A stretch of DNA of 64,000 bases from SAR202 cluster bacterium (GCA_016872355.1 VGZY01000005.1:6547-70546), one strand, 5' to 3'. Positions 46,112 to 55,215 are shown, numbered from the stretch's first letter. Made by a program: numbers and translations. Notes: generated by a model from the sequence alone, not told the origin.

Positions 46112-46120
46112 GGCGCTGAT

Positions 46121-46210
46121 ATGAAAGCTTGCCTTGCGATCGGTGTCTCCAGGGTAGCTATGATCGCCACGGTAGTAGTACGTGGCCGGTTACCTGTGGG
46201 GAGGAATTAG
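46121..46210 (+). CDS. Candidate leader peptide (29 aa) rich in Val/Ile/Leu
   Basis: MKACLAIGVSRVAMIATVVVRGRLPVGRN. Three consecutive GTA codons at 46172-46180. Its end overlaps the antiterminator arm. Confidence 0.45.
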   Translation: MKACLAIGVSRVAMIATVVVRGRLPVGRN

Positions 46211-46242
46211 GCTCGTCCGGTCGCACCGGACACCATCTCTGG

Positions 46243-46267
46243 ACCTCCCTGAACGGGAGGTTTTTTT
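46243..46267 (+). terminator. Intrinsic terminator directly upstream of ilvE (attenuator)
   Basis: aCCTCCC - TGAAC - GGGAGGt followed by T7. Lies 28 nt before the ilvE ATG, with SD AAGGAG in between. Confidence 0.6.
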
Positions 46268-46295
46268 GTGGAACGGACATACCAAGGAGTAGACG

Positions 46296-47387
46296 ATGTC
46301 ACGAGCAACGGAGCTTAACGACGGCAGGTCCACAGAAGGCCAAAAGAGCGCCGCTCCGCAGGCGAAGAAGGCCAACCTGGGCTTTGGCCGGACATTCACA
46401 TCACACATGTTCGTCATGGAGTGGACCAAGGACCGGGGATGGCACAGCCAGCGGATAGAGCCGTATGGCTCGCTTACCCTGGACCCGGCGGCGGCGGTGC
46501 TGCACTACGGGCAGGCGCTGTTCGAGGGGCTGAAGGCGTTCAAGACACGAGACGGGCGCATCGTGATGTTCAGGCCGGACCGCCACTTCAAGCGCATGAA
46601 GGAGGGGGCAGCACGGCTTGTGATGCCCGAGATCGACTCCGACACGGTGATGAAGTGGCTCGTGGAGCTCGTTACGAAGGATAGGAACTGGGTCCCGTCC
46701 GAACCGAGTACGGCGCTTTACATTCGCCCCACGCTGGTGGCGACGGAGCCGTTCCTTGGGGTGAGGCCATCAGAGAGTTATCTGTTCTTGATCATTATGT
46801 CGCCAGTGGAGCCCCTATACGGTCTAACGCCCAGGCCGCTGAAGCTGTGGGCGGAGACGAAATACGTGAGGGCGGCCCCCGGCGGCCTGGGCGCATCGAA
46901 GACAGCCGCCAACTACGTCGCCAGCCTGGCAGGCTCGGTGGCCGCGAAGTCGAAAGGGTTCGACCAGGTGATCTGGCTGGACGCAATCGAGCGAAAGTAC
47001 GTGGAAGAGGTCGGCACGATGAACCTCTTCGCCGTAATCGACGGCGAGCTGGTCACGCCGCCGCTCGGGGACACAATCCTGCCTGGGGTCACCAGAGACT
47101 CCATCCTCACCCTCGCGAAGGAGTGGGGCCTGAGGGCAAGTCAGCGCAGGATTTCGCTGGAGGAGATCGTTGCTGCCGACCGGTCCGCCAAGCTGCAGGA
47201 GATATTCGGCTGCGGCACGGCGGCTGTGTTGTCCAGGGTAGGGCAGCTCGCGGGAGATGGGTTCGATATCGCCCTGCCGATGCGCGACGGGTCATACGCC
47301 CAGCGCTTCTACGACGCCATCACTAACGTCCAATACGGCCTCGCGCCTGACACCCACGGGTGGCTGAAAGAGGTGCGCCAGGGGTGA
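46296..47387 (+). CDS. ilvE: Branched-chain-amino-acid aminotransferase
   Basis: FGRTFTSHMF, YGQALFEGLKAF, 363 aa, long-form class IV aminotransferase. SD AAGGAG 6 nt upstream. Confidence 0.92.
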   Translation: MSRATELNDGRSTEGQKSAAPQAKKANLGFGRTFTSHMFVMEWTKDRGWHSQRIEPYGSLTLDPAAAVLHYGQALFEGLKAFKTRDGRIVMFRPDRHFKRMKEGAARLVMPEIDSDTVMKWLVELVTKDRNWVPSEPSTALYIRPTLVATEPFLGVRPSESYLFLIIMSPVEPLYGLTPRPLKLWAETKYVRAAPGGLGASKTAANYVASLAGSVAAKSKGFDQVIWLDAIERKYVEEVGTMNLFAVIDGELVTPPLGDTILPGVTRDSILTLAKEWGLRASQRRISLEEIVAADRSAKLQEIFGCGTAAVLSRVGQLAGDGFDIALPMRDGSYAQRFYDAITNVQYGLAPDTHGWLKEVRQG

Positions 47388-47415
47388 GGCCCATCTCGTC
47401 GCCGGGGGTGATTCA

Positions 47416-48942
47416 GTGCCTCAGCAATCGAGTCGGGCCAGACCCGTAAGGCGCGCGGCCAAGCCCAAGGTCCTCTTTGCAGCCCCGCCCAGCGATGTTG
47501 CCACCGCCTGCATCGCCCGGTACGCCCGCTCCAGGGCCCCGGAAACGCGCGTACTCTTCTCAGACATCGCCCGTTATCCTGGCCTGATAGCGGAGATGGG
47601 GCCGGAAGCAGAAGGCATCGAGGGGACGGTTAACAGTTATGATCCTGAAACGGGCTTCGAGGCCGCTTTCACCGCCAGATTCAACCGGCCCCTGCCCAGC
47701 TACGCCGCAGCCACCCACGACGCCGTCCTTCTCCTTGCCTACGGGCTAGAGCGCTCAGGAGGCGTGGGCGGCGAGTCCCTGGCCAGGGCTATGGGCGAGG
47801 TGGTCGACGGGACCGGGCACACCACCGGATGGGACCCAGCGGGCGTCAAGGACGCCCTTGGCGCAAACCGGAGCGGCAACCTCCCCAACGTCTCAGGCGG
47901 AACCGGCGGTCTGGCCTACAGCCCGGACCTGCGCACGGAGCTAAGCTCTTCAACTTACGGCCACTGGAAGGTCTCAGGCGGGAAGTTCGTCTTCCAGGAA
48001 TTCATCTCGACCTCGCCGGATGCCCATGAAGGCTCCCTCTCGGCCGAGTCGCTTTTCCGCACGCTGGCCTCGGAGAGCAAACGCGATAACGGGACGGCCA
48101 CGGGAGCATCCGCGGCCTATGACCCTGGGCCGCGTGCGGGTCTGTGGGCGCTCATCGTCGCTGGCTTGGCCGGTTGGGAGAACTACCGTCACCAGGCCGA
48201 CGCGCTGGCCTTCTACCAGCTACTGCGATCACGCGGCGTGGCTGATGACCGCATTGTGCTCGCCATGGCGGACGACATCGCCGGCAGCCCGCGCAACCCG
48301 GAGCCGGGCATAGTAAGGAACTACCCCGGCGGCCCCAACCTGCACGAAGGCGCGAATATCGATTACCGCACCTCCAGCCTCTCGGAAAGCGACCTCAGCG
48401 CCATTCTGAACGGAGAGAGCACCACCTCCTTGCCGCACGTGATATCTGCCGGGCGACAGGACAACGTGCTGCTATTTATGGTGGGCCACGGCGGTCGGGC
48501 AGGTTTCTATATGGGCGTTCATAGCGCCGGAGACAGCGTTCAGGAAGGCGAGGCCACAGTACTTGACTCTGCCGAGCTTGCCGGGATGCTGGGATCCCTG
48601 TCGGCTTCCGGCAGGTTCCGGCGGCTCCTCATCGTCGTGGAGGCATGCCACGCAGGTGCTCTGGGAGCGGAGATCAAAACGCCCGGAGTCCTGCTTATCA
48701 CGGGCGCCAATGCGACCGAGAACTCGCAGGCGTCAAACTACGATGTCAAACTGAACCAGTTCCTCGCGGACGACTTTGCCTGGGAGCTCTTCAGGCTTGG
48801 TTCCGACTCGCCTTCACTCTCACTCGACGAGGCGCACCGCATTGCATACGTCCGTGTGAAGGCATCCCATGTCTCCGCCTACAACGAGGACCGTTTCGGG
48901 GACATGGCCACGGTTACGCTGGCCGAATTTATATCCCCGTAG
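47416..48942 (+). CDS. Fusion protein: partial type-1 periplasmic-binding-protein-like region + legumain-like peptidase C13 domain
   Basis: aa 243-508 align by eye to legumain: WALIVAGLAGWENYRHQAD, MADDIAGSPRNPEPGIV, catalytic His in FMVGHGG (His358), catalytic Cys in VVEACHAGA (Cys411). aa 60-200 resemble the C-terminal lobe of Leu/Ile/Val-type binding proteins (SYAAATHDAVLLLAYGLE). No signal peptide. GTG start 28 nt after the ilvE stop. Confidence 0.8.
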   Translation: MPQQSSRARPVRRAAKPKVLFAAPPSDVATACIARYARSRAPETRVLFSDIARYPGLIAEMGPEAEGIEGTVNSYDPETGFEAAFTARFNRPLPSYAAATHDAVLLLAYGLERSGGVGGESLARAMGEVVDGTGHTTGWDPAGVKDALGANRSGNLPNVSGGTGGLAYSPDLRTELSSSTYGHWKVSGGKFVFQEFISTSPDAHEGSLSAESLFRTLASESKRDNGTATGASAAYDPGPRAGLWALIVAGLAGWENYRHQADALAFYQLLRSRGVADDRIVLAMADDIAGSPRNPEPGIVRNYPGGPNLHEGANIDYRTSSLSESDLSAILNGESTTSLPHVISAGRQDNVLLFMVGHGGRAGFYMGVHSAGDSVQEGEATVLDSAELAGMLGSLSASGRFRRLLIVVEACHAGALGAEIKTPGVLLITGANATENSQASNYDVKLNQFLADDFAWELFRLGSDSPSLSLDEAHRIAYVRVKASHVSAYNEDRFGDMATVTLAEFISP

Positions 48943-48980
48943 CAGCACGCCCCCCGCGGCGCCTCTTTACTTTGAGATAT

Positions 48981-49002
48981 ATTCGCGTCAATTGACGCGA
49001 AT
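48981..49002. promoter_or_regulatory. 22-nt perfect palindrome (candidate operator or RNA hairpin)
   Basis: ATTCGCGTCAATTGACGCGAAT. Ends 8 nt before ATG 49011. Confidence 0.4.
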
Positions 49003-49010
49003 AGTTCGCC

Positions 49011-50567
49011 ATGCTAGATTCACCCTCGAACCACAGCACGGAGGCGACCGCTTTGCTCACGCCCATCCAGTACGAGCCCAAGCCGTACCTGCTACGCTCC
49101 AACTCCATCTTCTTTCACGACTGGAGGTATGTCTTCGAGGGCAACTTCAACTGGAAGACGACCGCGGAGAAAGAGGAGGGACGCTACTTCAAGGACCTCA
49201 AGGAGCCGGCGAAGTGGACCGCAATCGATATGCCGTACGGCATTCGCCTCCGCACCGTCCAGTCGCAAAACACCGAGCCGTTCCTGGACGTGGGCAAGCC
49301 CTGGGAAGAGCACCTCAGGCACCCCAGCGTTGTACTGGATAGTGGGATCTATCGCCTCTGGTACGGCACGCGCAAGAACATGTGCTACGCGGAATCGGAC
49401 GATGCCTTCACGTGGCGCAAGCCCAGGCTCGGCATCCAGGAGATCGAAGGGAGCAAGCACAACAACGTTGTAATCGGCATGAAGATGCCGCCGCAGCCGG
49501 ACTACTTCAACCTGGGCAACGTCTTCGTAGACCCGTCTGCGCCAGCCACCGAGCGCTACAAGGCGCTGTATATGCGCCGCATCGCGCCGGACGTGATGAA
49601 GGCATTCACTGCCAAGTATCCCGGCGAGCTCAGCCCGCACTACCAGGATGGAGCGGATGAGGACATCGAAAAGGAGGTCCTCGCCGTTGGCGGCGCGGTC
49701 TCGGCGGACGGCCTACGGTGGAAGCCGACGAAGCTTCCACTGACGGTCCACAGGGCCGATACACAGAACATGATGTACTTCGACGAGGTCCGCAACACAT
49801 ACGTCGGCTACTTCCGCACCCACGTCTTCCGCCGCCGCTCCATCGGCCGCGCGGAGTCGAAGGACTTCAGGCACTTCCCCTTGCTTGACACGATCATCTG
49901 GCCGGACGCGAGCGTTGGCCCGTCGGACGTGTGGTACTCCATCGGCCGCGTCTCGTATCCCGGCGCGCCGGACTACCACCTGATGTTCGCGGGGGCATGG
50001 CACGTCACTGAAGACAACTGGTACCACCGGCCGGCGACCAGCCCGGACGGCGTCATGTGGGGCTGGGTGCCCGGCGAGCGCCCTATCACCCTGGGTGACG
50101 GGCGCGCGTGGGACGCCGGCTGCATCTCCATGGGCGCGGGCATGGTGGCGCTACCCGGCGACCGCGTCGGCATCCCCTATACCGGATACCACATCCCGCA
50201 CAAGTACCCCCGCTCGCCGGGGCTCGGCAAGTTCGCGTGGGCTACGTGGCAGAAGGGCCGCGTCGTCGCGCTTGAGGCGGAAGAGCGCGGCGAGTTCATC
50301 ACCAAGCGCGTCCGCTTTGAGGGGAACACCCTGCGCGTAAACGTGAACACGAAGCACGTGGGGAGCCTTGCCGTGGAGGTGGTAGGGGAGGGCGGCAAGC
50401 CCATCGAAGGGCGGTCCTTCGCCGACTGCGATGTCATCAGCGGTGACCACCTGGACAAGGTGGTCACCTAGTGCGGAAACTCGGACCTTGGCCGCAAGCC
50501 CGGAGAGCCCCTTATGTTCCGCGTGCGGCTGAACGCCGGCAAGCTCTACAGCATGAAATTCCAGTAG
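49011..50567 (+). pseudogene. Beta-propeller glycoside-hydrolase-like protein with C-terminal beta-sandwich, interrupted by an in-frame TAG (50469-50471)
   Basis: ORF track gives 49011..50471 (486 aa). The same frame continues for 31 more codons (CGNSDLGRKPGEPLMFRVRLNAGKLYSMKFQ) to a double stop TAGTAG. Repeated DG..W blade motifs (AESDDAFTWRKP, VSADGLRWKP, TSPDGVMWGW). Confidence 0.6.
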
Positions 50568-50591
50568 TAGATCGCACACGGGGGACAGCCC

Positions 50592-51188
50592 ATGCCATCC
50601 AAACCAAAGATAGCCATCATCGGTGACGGCAAAGTGGGCTCGGCACTGAAGCGCGGGTTGACCCGCGGCGGCTACGATGTGCGGGCGGTGGGACGCGAGC
50701 CGAAGCAGGTCGCGGAAGTCGCTAAATGGGGCGACGCCGTCATACTGGCGATGCCTTACGCCGTGCGTGAGGCCGTCATCGCTGGCGTAAGGGATGCCGT
50801 GAAGGGCAAGACGGTGGTGGACGCCACCAACGGCCTGGACAAGGGCCTCACGATCCTGACAGACCCGCGACGCGAGAGCGGGGCGGAGCAGGTTCAGCAG
50901 TGGGTGCCGGAGGCGAAGGTCGTCAAAGCGTTCAATAACGTCTTTGCCGAGACGATGGACTCCGGCAAGGTGAACGGGGAGGCCATCGCGACCTTCGTCG
51001 CCGGCAACGATGATGCCGCGCGCAAGCAGGTGGTGGCTATGGCGATGGCGATCGGCTTCGACGCGGTGGAAGCCGGCAGCCTCGAGAACGCCCGGTTGAT
51101 TGAGATGATGGGCAACCTCACGATCACGCTCGCACACCGAGTCGGCATGGGCCGCAACTTCGGCTTCAAGATCGTCCGAGGCGGCTGA
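50592..51188 (+). CDS. NADP-dependent oxidoreductase (F420-dependent NADP reductase / P5C-reductase-like N-domain family)
   Basis: KIAIIGDGKVGSALKRGL Rossmann motif. 198 aa. Confidence 0.7.
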   Translation: MPSKPKIAIIGDGKVGSALKRGLTRGGYDVRAVGREPKQVAEVAKWGDAVILAMPYAVREAVIAGVRDAVKGKTVVDATNGLDKGLTILTDPRRESGAEQVQQWVPEAKVVKAFNNVFAETMDSGKVNGEAIATFVAGNDDAARKQVVAMAMAIGFDAVEAGSLENARLIEMMGNLTITLAHRVGMGRNFGFKIVRGG

Positions 51189-51261
51189 CGTCCCACACGG
51201 GACGGCGCGGATGTAGTAGACTCCCTTCCGTGAACGCAAACGAGAGGACCCTTCACTTCAC

Positions 51262-52242
51262 ATGCCCGACACAAGACCGGTAATCCTAACCGGCGCTCCA
51301 AAAGAAAAGCCCGTCTACGCGGAGGCCAACGGCCTCAAGTGGTACCACGTCAAGGCCGTCACCGTAGAAGAGCTGGACTTCGTTGGCAAGCTCTGCCAGG
51401 TCAACCCGTTCGACCTCGCGGACTGCATCTCGCAAAAGCAGCTCCCCACGGTCGTCGTTAGGGGCGACTACCTCTTCGCCATCATCCACTTCCCCCGGTT
51501 CGTCCCTGAGAAGCAGACGGTCGTACCCCAACAGGTCGGAGTCATAATCGGCACAACGTTCATGGTCACCGTCTCCCAGGCTGAGGTGAAGCCGGTCGAC
51601 CGGCTCTTCCAGCGTTGCTTGACAGAGTCTCTTGTTCGCCGGCAGGTCATGGACGGCGGCACCGGGGAGGTGCTTTACCGCGTCCTGGACAAGATGGTGG
51701 ACTACCTCTTTCCCATGTTGGACAAGGTGCTCGAGGCGATGGAGTCCATCGAGGACGACGTCTTCGACGAGCGAGTCTCGGTGGCGCGAAGCGTCAGCAT
51801 CCTGCGGCGGGACATCACGGACCTGCGGCGGATACTGTTTCCCATGCAGCGCCTGGTCACAGACCTCCGCGCAAAGACGAAGAAGTACTGCAGGGTGGAT
51901 ATGGACCTGCACTACGAGGACCTTTACGACCGCGTCGCCACCGTCTGGACGACGCTGGAGAGCGCCAAGGAACGCGTCGACATCTACAAGGACACGGACT
52001 ACGTGATCAGCACGGAGAAGACGAACAAGATCCTCTCAATGCTGACGATAATCTTCACGCTGTCCATCCCCGTGACCGTTGTGGGCGCGCTCATGGGCAT
52101 GAACGTCCTCGTGCCAGGTGGGGTAGAGACCGGGCCCTGGATGTTCCTTGGCGATTACACCACGTTCGTCCTAATGATCCTCATCTCCCTCATCCCCGCC
52201 GGGCTTATGCTCCTCCTGTTCAAATGGTGGCGCTGGATATAG
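51262..52242 (+). CDS. corA: Magnesium/cobalt transporter CorA
   Basis: GMN motif (ALMGMNVLVPG) between two C-terminal TM helices. 326 aa. Confidence 0.9.
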   Translation: MPDTRPVILTGAPKEKPVYAEANGLKWYHVKAVTVEELDFVGKLCQVNPFDLADCISQKQLPTVVVRGDYLFAIIHFPRFVPEKQTVVPQQVGVIIGTTFMVTVSQAEVKPVDRLFQRCLTESLVRRQVMDGGTGEVLYRVLDKMVDYLFPMLDKVLEAMESIEDDVFDERVSVARSVSILRRDITDLRRILFPMQRLVTDLRAKTKKYCRVDMDLHYEDLYDRVATVWTTLESAKERVDIYKDTDYVISTEKTNKILSMLTIIFTLSIPVTVVGALMGMNVLVPGGVETGPWMFLGDYTTFVLMILISLIPAGLMLLLFKWWRWI

Positions 52243-52481
52243 GTCCTAAGAATCTCAGACCATGTTCGATTGCAGGGCTCTGCCAACGCATCGTCCGAGC
52301 CGGTTTCTGAGGATTCCCAGTTGGCGATGCAGCCACGCTGATCTCACAGCTCCCCGAAGAGCGCACGCAGTGCGCCACTACGGGGAGAGGGGCCACAGGC
52401 CGTCTGGCATTGGCCTGCTCAGGCTGGTTCTGACAAGTCCAACTCTTCTAAAATGTCTGACTTGATTCCAGATAGTTGCAC

Positions 52482-52510
52482 TTGCAATGATTGTACAGTG
52501 CTCGTATAAT
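52482..52510 (+). promoter_or_regulatory. Putative sigma-70 promoter
   Basis: TTGCAA - 17 nt - TATAAT. Confidence 0.5.
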
Positions 52511-52594
52511 GCTTCTGAGGGCCAACGCCCAGCGCGCACCGCGAGGTATGCCATGACTAACAACACCACTCTCGCAACTAAGGAGCATCCGGAG

Positions 52595-53416
52595 ATGGCC
52601 GGCCCCATGCCGGCCCTGTTCGTCGCTCACGGCGCGCCGTTCGTGACTCGGGACGGTGCGCCTGTTTCCCTGCAGGCCAGAGGCGGCCCCAACTGGATCG
52701 CCGGGCTCTTCAAGGACCTGAACGAGCTCGCGCTGTCCATTCCCAAGCCGCGAGCGGTGCTGATTCTCTCCGCGCACTGGGAGGAACGCCCGGTGACCAT
52801 CGGCGCGACAACGACGGTGCCGCTGACGTACGACTTCTACGGCTTCCCGGAGCAGTTCTACCACTTCGAGTACCCGGCACCCGGCGCGCCGGAGCTGGCG
52901 GAGCGCGTCCGCGAGCTGCTTGGACCCACGCAACAGGTTGCGGAAAACCCGGAGCGCGGCCTTGACCACGGCGCGTACGCTCCGCTGGCGGCGATGTACC
53001 CGGACGCGGACGTGCCGGTCCTCCAGGTCTCGCTGCCCACAATGGACCCTGAGACGCTCTTCAAGCTGGGGCAAACGCTCGCGCCGCTCCGCAACGAGGG
53101 TGTGCTGATCGTCGGCAGCGGCTTCATCACGCACAACCTGCGCACGGTAGACCTGCGCGCGGACGCGCCGGTGCCGTCCTGGGCCGCGGATTTCGACTCG
53201 TGGAGCGCCGAGGTGATGGCCGCGCATGACATCGACCGGCTCGTTACCTACAAGGAGATAGCGCCGGGGGTGCGCTTCGCGCTGCCGACGCATGAGCACT
53301 TCGTGCCGTCTATCGTCGCCGCTGGCGCCGGCACAGAGGGGCCGAGCGACGTCAAATTCCCGCTGACGGGCTTTATCATGGGCTCCTTCACCCGCCGGTC
53401 CGTGAGGTACGGGTAA
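52595..53416 (+). CDS. Class III extradiol ring-cleavage dioxygenase (LigB/YgiD, 4,5-DOPA dioxygenase-like)
   Basis: Start chosen at ATG 52595 (AAGGAG 9 nt upstream; alternative ATG 52553). MPALFVAHGAP, ILSAHWE, GSGFITHNL. Confidence 0.85.
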   Translation: MAGPMPALFVAHGAPFVTRDGAPVSLQARGGPNWIAGLFKDLNELALSIPKPRAVLILSAHWEERPVTIGATTTVPLTYDFYGFPEQFYHFEYPAPGAPELAERVRELLGPTQQVAENPERGLDHGAYAPLAAMYPDADVPVLQVSLPTMDPETLFKLGQTLAPLRNEGVLIVGSGFITHNLRTVDLRADAPVPSWAADFDSWSAEVMAAHDIDRLVTYKEIAPGVRFALPTHEHFVPSIVAAGAGTEGPSDVKFPLTGFIMGSFTRRSVRYG

Positions 53417-53497
53417 CGGTGCGGCGAAAGACGTTGCCCTCTCCACCGTTCCGGTAGATAATGTCCACCGTCACCCGGAACGCCATGTGGAGAAGAT

Positions 53498-54547
53498 ATG
53501 GAAGCCACACAAATAGCTGAGGCTCGTCCGCGTACATCGTTCGCCGGGCGCATCCCATGGCTATGGTACGACCTCACATCCAGAATCCCGGTCCCGCTGT
53601 GGGTGCTGTCCATTCTTGTGGGCGTTTCCGCATACCTTGGGCTTGCCTTCGCAGGATGGCTCGCGGGCGATGTCGAGAGGTTGTTGCGCGACTATCGCTT
53701 CGCGCTGGCCTCCGGGATTACCGCTTTTGCGGCGCTCGGAATGGGGCTGGCGCCGTCATCGTTAAAACGGCTCCAGGAAAAGCTGTCTGCCTGGATAGTG
53801 CCGGTAGGCGATGGGTCAGCCGACTTCCAACAGGCGACCTCCAGGGCTTTGATGCGGTTCTTCTGGCCGGCGTTCTTGCTGATCTTGATTGGCCAGTCCC
53901 CTTCGGTCATTAACCCCGGTGGCGATCCGTGGACCAGAGACTTCCCCGACCCTCGGGCCTTCAGCCCCATATTGGCGCCTCTGTACGTTGTGTTCGCCTA
54001 TTTCCTGGGTGGTGCCATCTCCATAACCTTCGGAGGTTTGATCGCGATCGCATACCGGCTGAAACGCTGCGTGACGTTTCGGCCCGGCATCGTGCTGGCC
54101 GGCAAAGCCGCTTTCGCTCCTCTCAGGAACCTCATCCTGACGATGTGGGCAACGAGCAGCGGTCCGCTGCTCGTGTTCTTTATCCTGGCCACACTGGTCA
54201 GGGAATCGGTAGTAACCGACTACGCGCTGGCATCTGTTGTCCTCACACTGATACTCGTTACGACGATGATCCCTCATCTGTTCATAAATAGCTTGCTTGC
54301 CCGAGAGAAGGCGAAGGAGCTGCGGGAGATACAGAGCGAGATCACGGCCACGGCGAATACTCCGGAGACGGCCGATTCAACGGAGATCACACGCCGCATG
54401 TTCCGTTTCCAGGTGCTGACTCACCAGCTCCAGCAGGCCCAGGCCTTCACGCCCACGCTCATGGACATCCGTTTCTTCATTCAGGTCGGAACGAGCATCA
54501 CAGGTATCGTGCTGGCGAACGTTTTGCTCAGGAACTTACTCGGATAG
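53498..54547 (+). CDS. Hypothetical polytopic membrane protein
   Basis: 6-7 hydrophobic helices plus a C-terminal coiled segment. No recognisable family. Confidence 0.55.
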   Translation: MEATQIAEARPRTSFAGRIPWLWYDLTSRIPVPLWVLSILVGVSAYLGLAFAGWLAGDVERLLRDYRFALASGITAFAALGMGLAPSSLKRLQEKLSAWIVPVGDGSADFQQATSRALMRFFWPAFLLILIGQSPSVINPGGDPWTRDFPDPRAFSPILAPLYVVFAYFLGGAISITFGGLIAIAYRLKRCVTFRPGIVLAGKAAFAPLRNLILTMWATSSGPLLVFFILATLVRESVVTDYALASVVLTLILVTTMIPHLFINSLLAREKAKELREIQSEITATANTPETADSTEITRRMFRFQVLTHQLQQAQAFTPTLMDIRFFIQVGTSITGIVLANVLLRNLLG

Positions 54548-54554
54548 GTGAAAC

Positions 54555-55187
54555 ATGGCCGTCATCGAAAAGCTCGCTTCATCCCGCGGTCGGAGGGATG
54601 AGGAGCCCAACATAGCGCTCGCAAAAGAGATAGCCTTCCGGGGCAACCGCGCCGCCGTCGAAGAGCTTACCCAGGCCCTCCACGGCAAGGACAAGGCCGT
54701 CAAGAGCGATGCGATCAAGGTGCTATACGAGCTTGGGGCGCTCAAGCCGACGTTGATCGCCGACCATGTTGAAGACTTCGTGAAGCTATTGGGGAGCACG
54801 GATAACCGGCTTGTCTGGGGCGCAATGACGGCCCTCGGGAGCATTGCGGATATCAGGGCGGACAAGATCTGGCAGAATATTGAGCCGGTGATCAAGGCTA
54901 CGCAGACCGGCTCCGTAATCACGCAAGACTGGGGTGTGCGCGTCCTGGCCACCGTGGCCGCGAAGCACGAGCGCTACCGCTCCCGGCTCTTCCCGTTTCT
55001 CATGTTGTTCCTGCAGGCCTGCGAGCCGAAGGATTTTCCTAGGCACCTGGAGAGCATCGTCCCCGCCATTAACGCAGACGGCATGAAGGCCGTTCTGGAA
55101 CTGGTGGAGCAGAGGCGGGTGGTCCTTAACGCCACGCAGGCAAAGCGCGTGGACAGGGTTGTGAAGTCGCTGGGCACAGCCGGATAG
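54555..55187 (+). CDS. Hypothetical HEAT/ARM-like repeat protein
   Basis: All-helical repeat pattern (AVEELTQALHGKDKAVKSDAIKVLYELG...). Starts 7 nt after the upstream membrane protein gene. Confidence 0.5.
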   Translation: MAVIEKLASSRGRRDEEPNIALAKEIAFRGNRAAVEELTQALHGKDKAVKSDAIKVLYELGALKPTLIADHVEDFVKLLGSTDNRLVWGAMTALGSIADIRADKIWQNIEPVIKATQTGSVITQDWGVRVLATVAAKHERYRSRLFPFLMLFLQACEPKDFPRHLESIVPAINADGMKAVLELVEQRRVVLNATQAKRVDRVVKSLGTAG

Positions 55188-55215
55188 CGATGCGGGCGTC
55201 CTCGCTTGTGGACCG

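Noticed and set aside
46118-46270. T-box riboswitch as the explanation for the terminator upstream of ilvE.
   Set aside because: The leader is only about 150 nt. I could not find the conserved T-box sequence (AGGGTGGNACCGCG-like), a credible Stem I with a specifier loop, or a UGGN bulge matching an A-discriminator tRNA. The Val-rich mini-ORF explains the layout better. A covariance-model scan is still needed.
51189-51261. Mg2+-sensing riboswitch (M-box) upstream of corA.
   Set aside because: The intergenic region is only 73 nt, far shorter than an M-box aptamer plus expression platform. It contains only a 6-bp hairpin (CGTCCC-ACAC-GGGACG).
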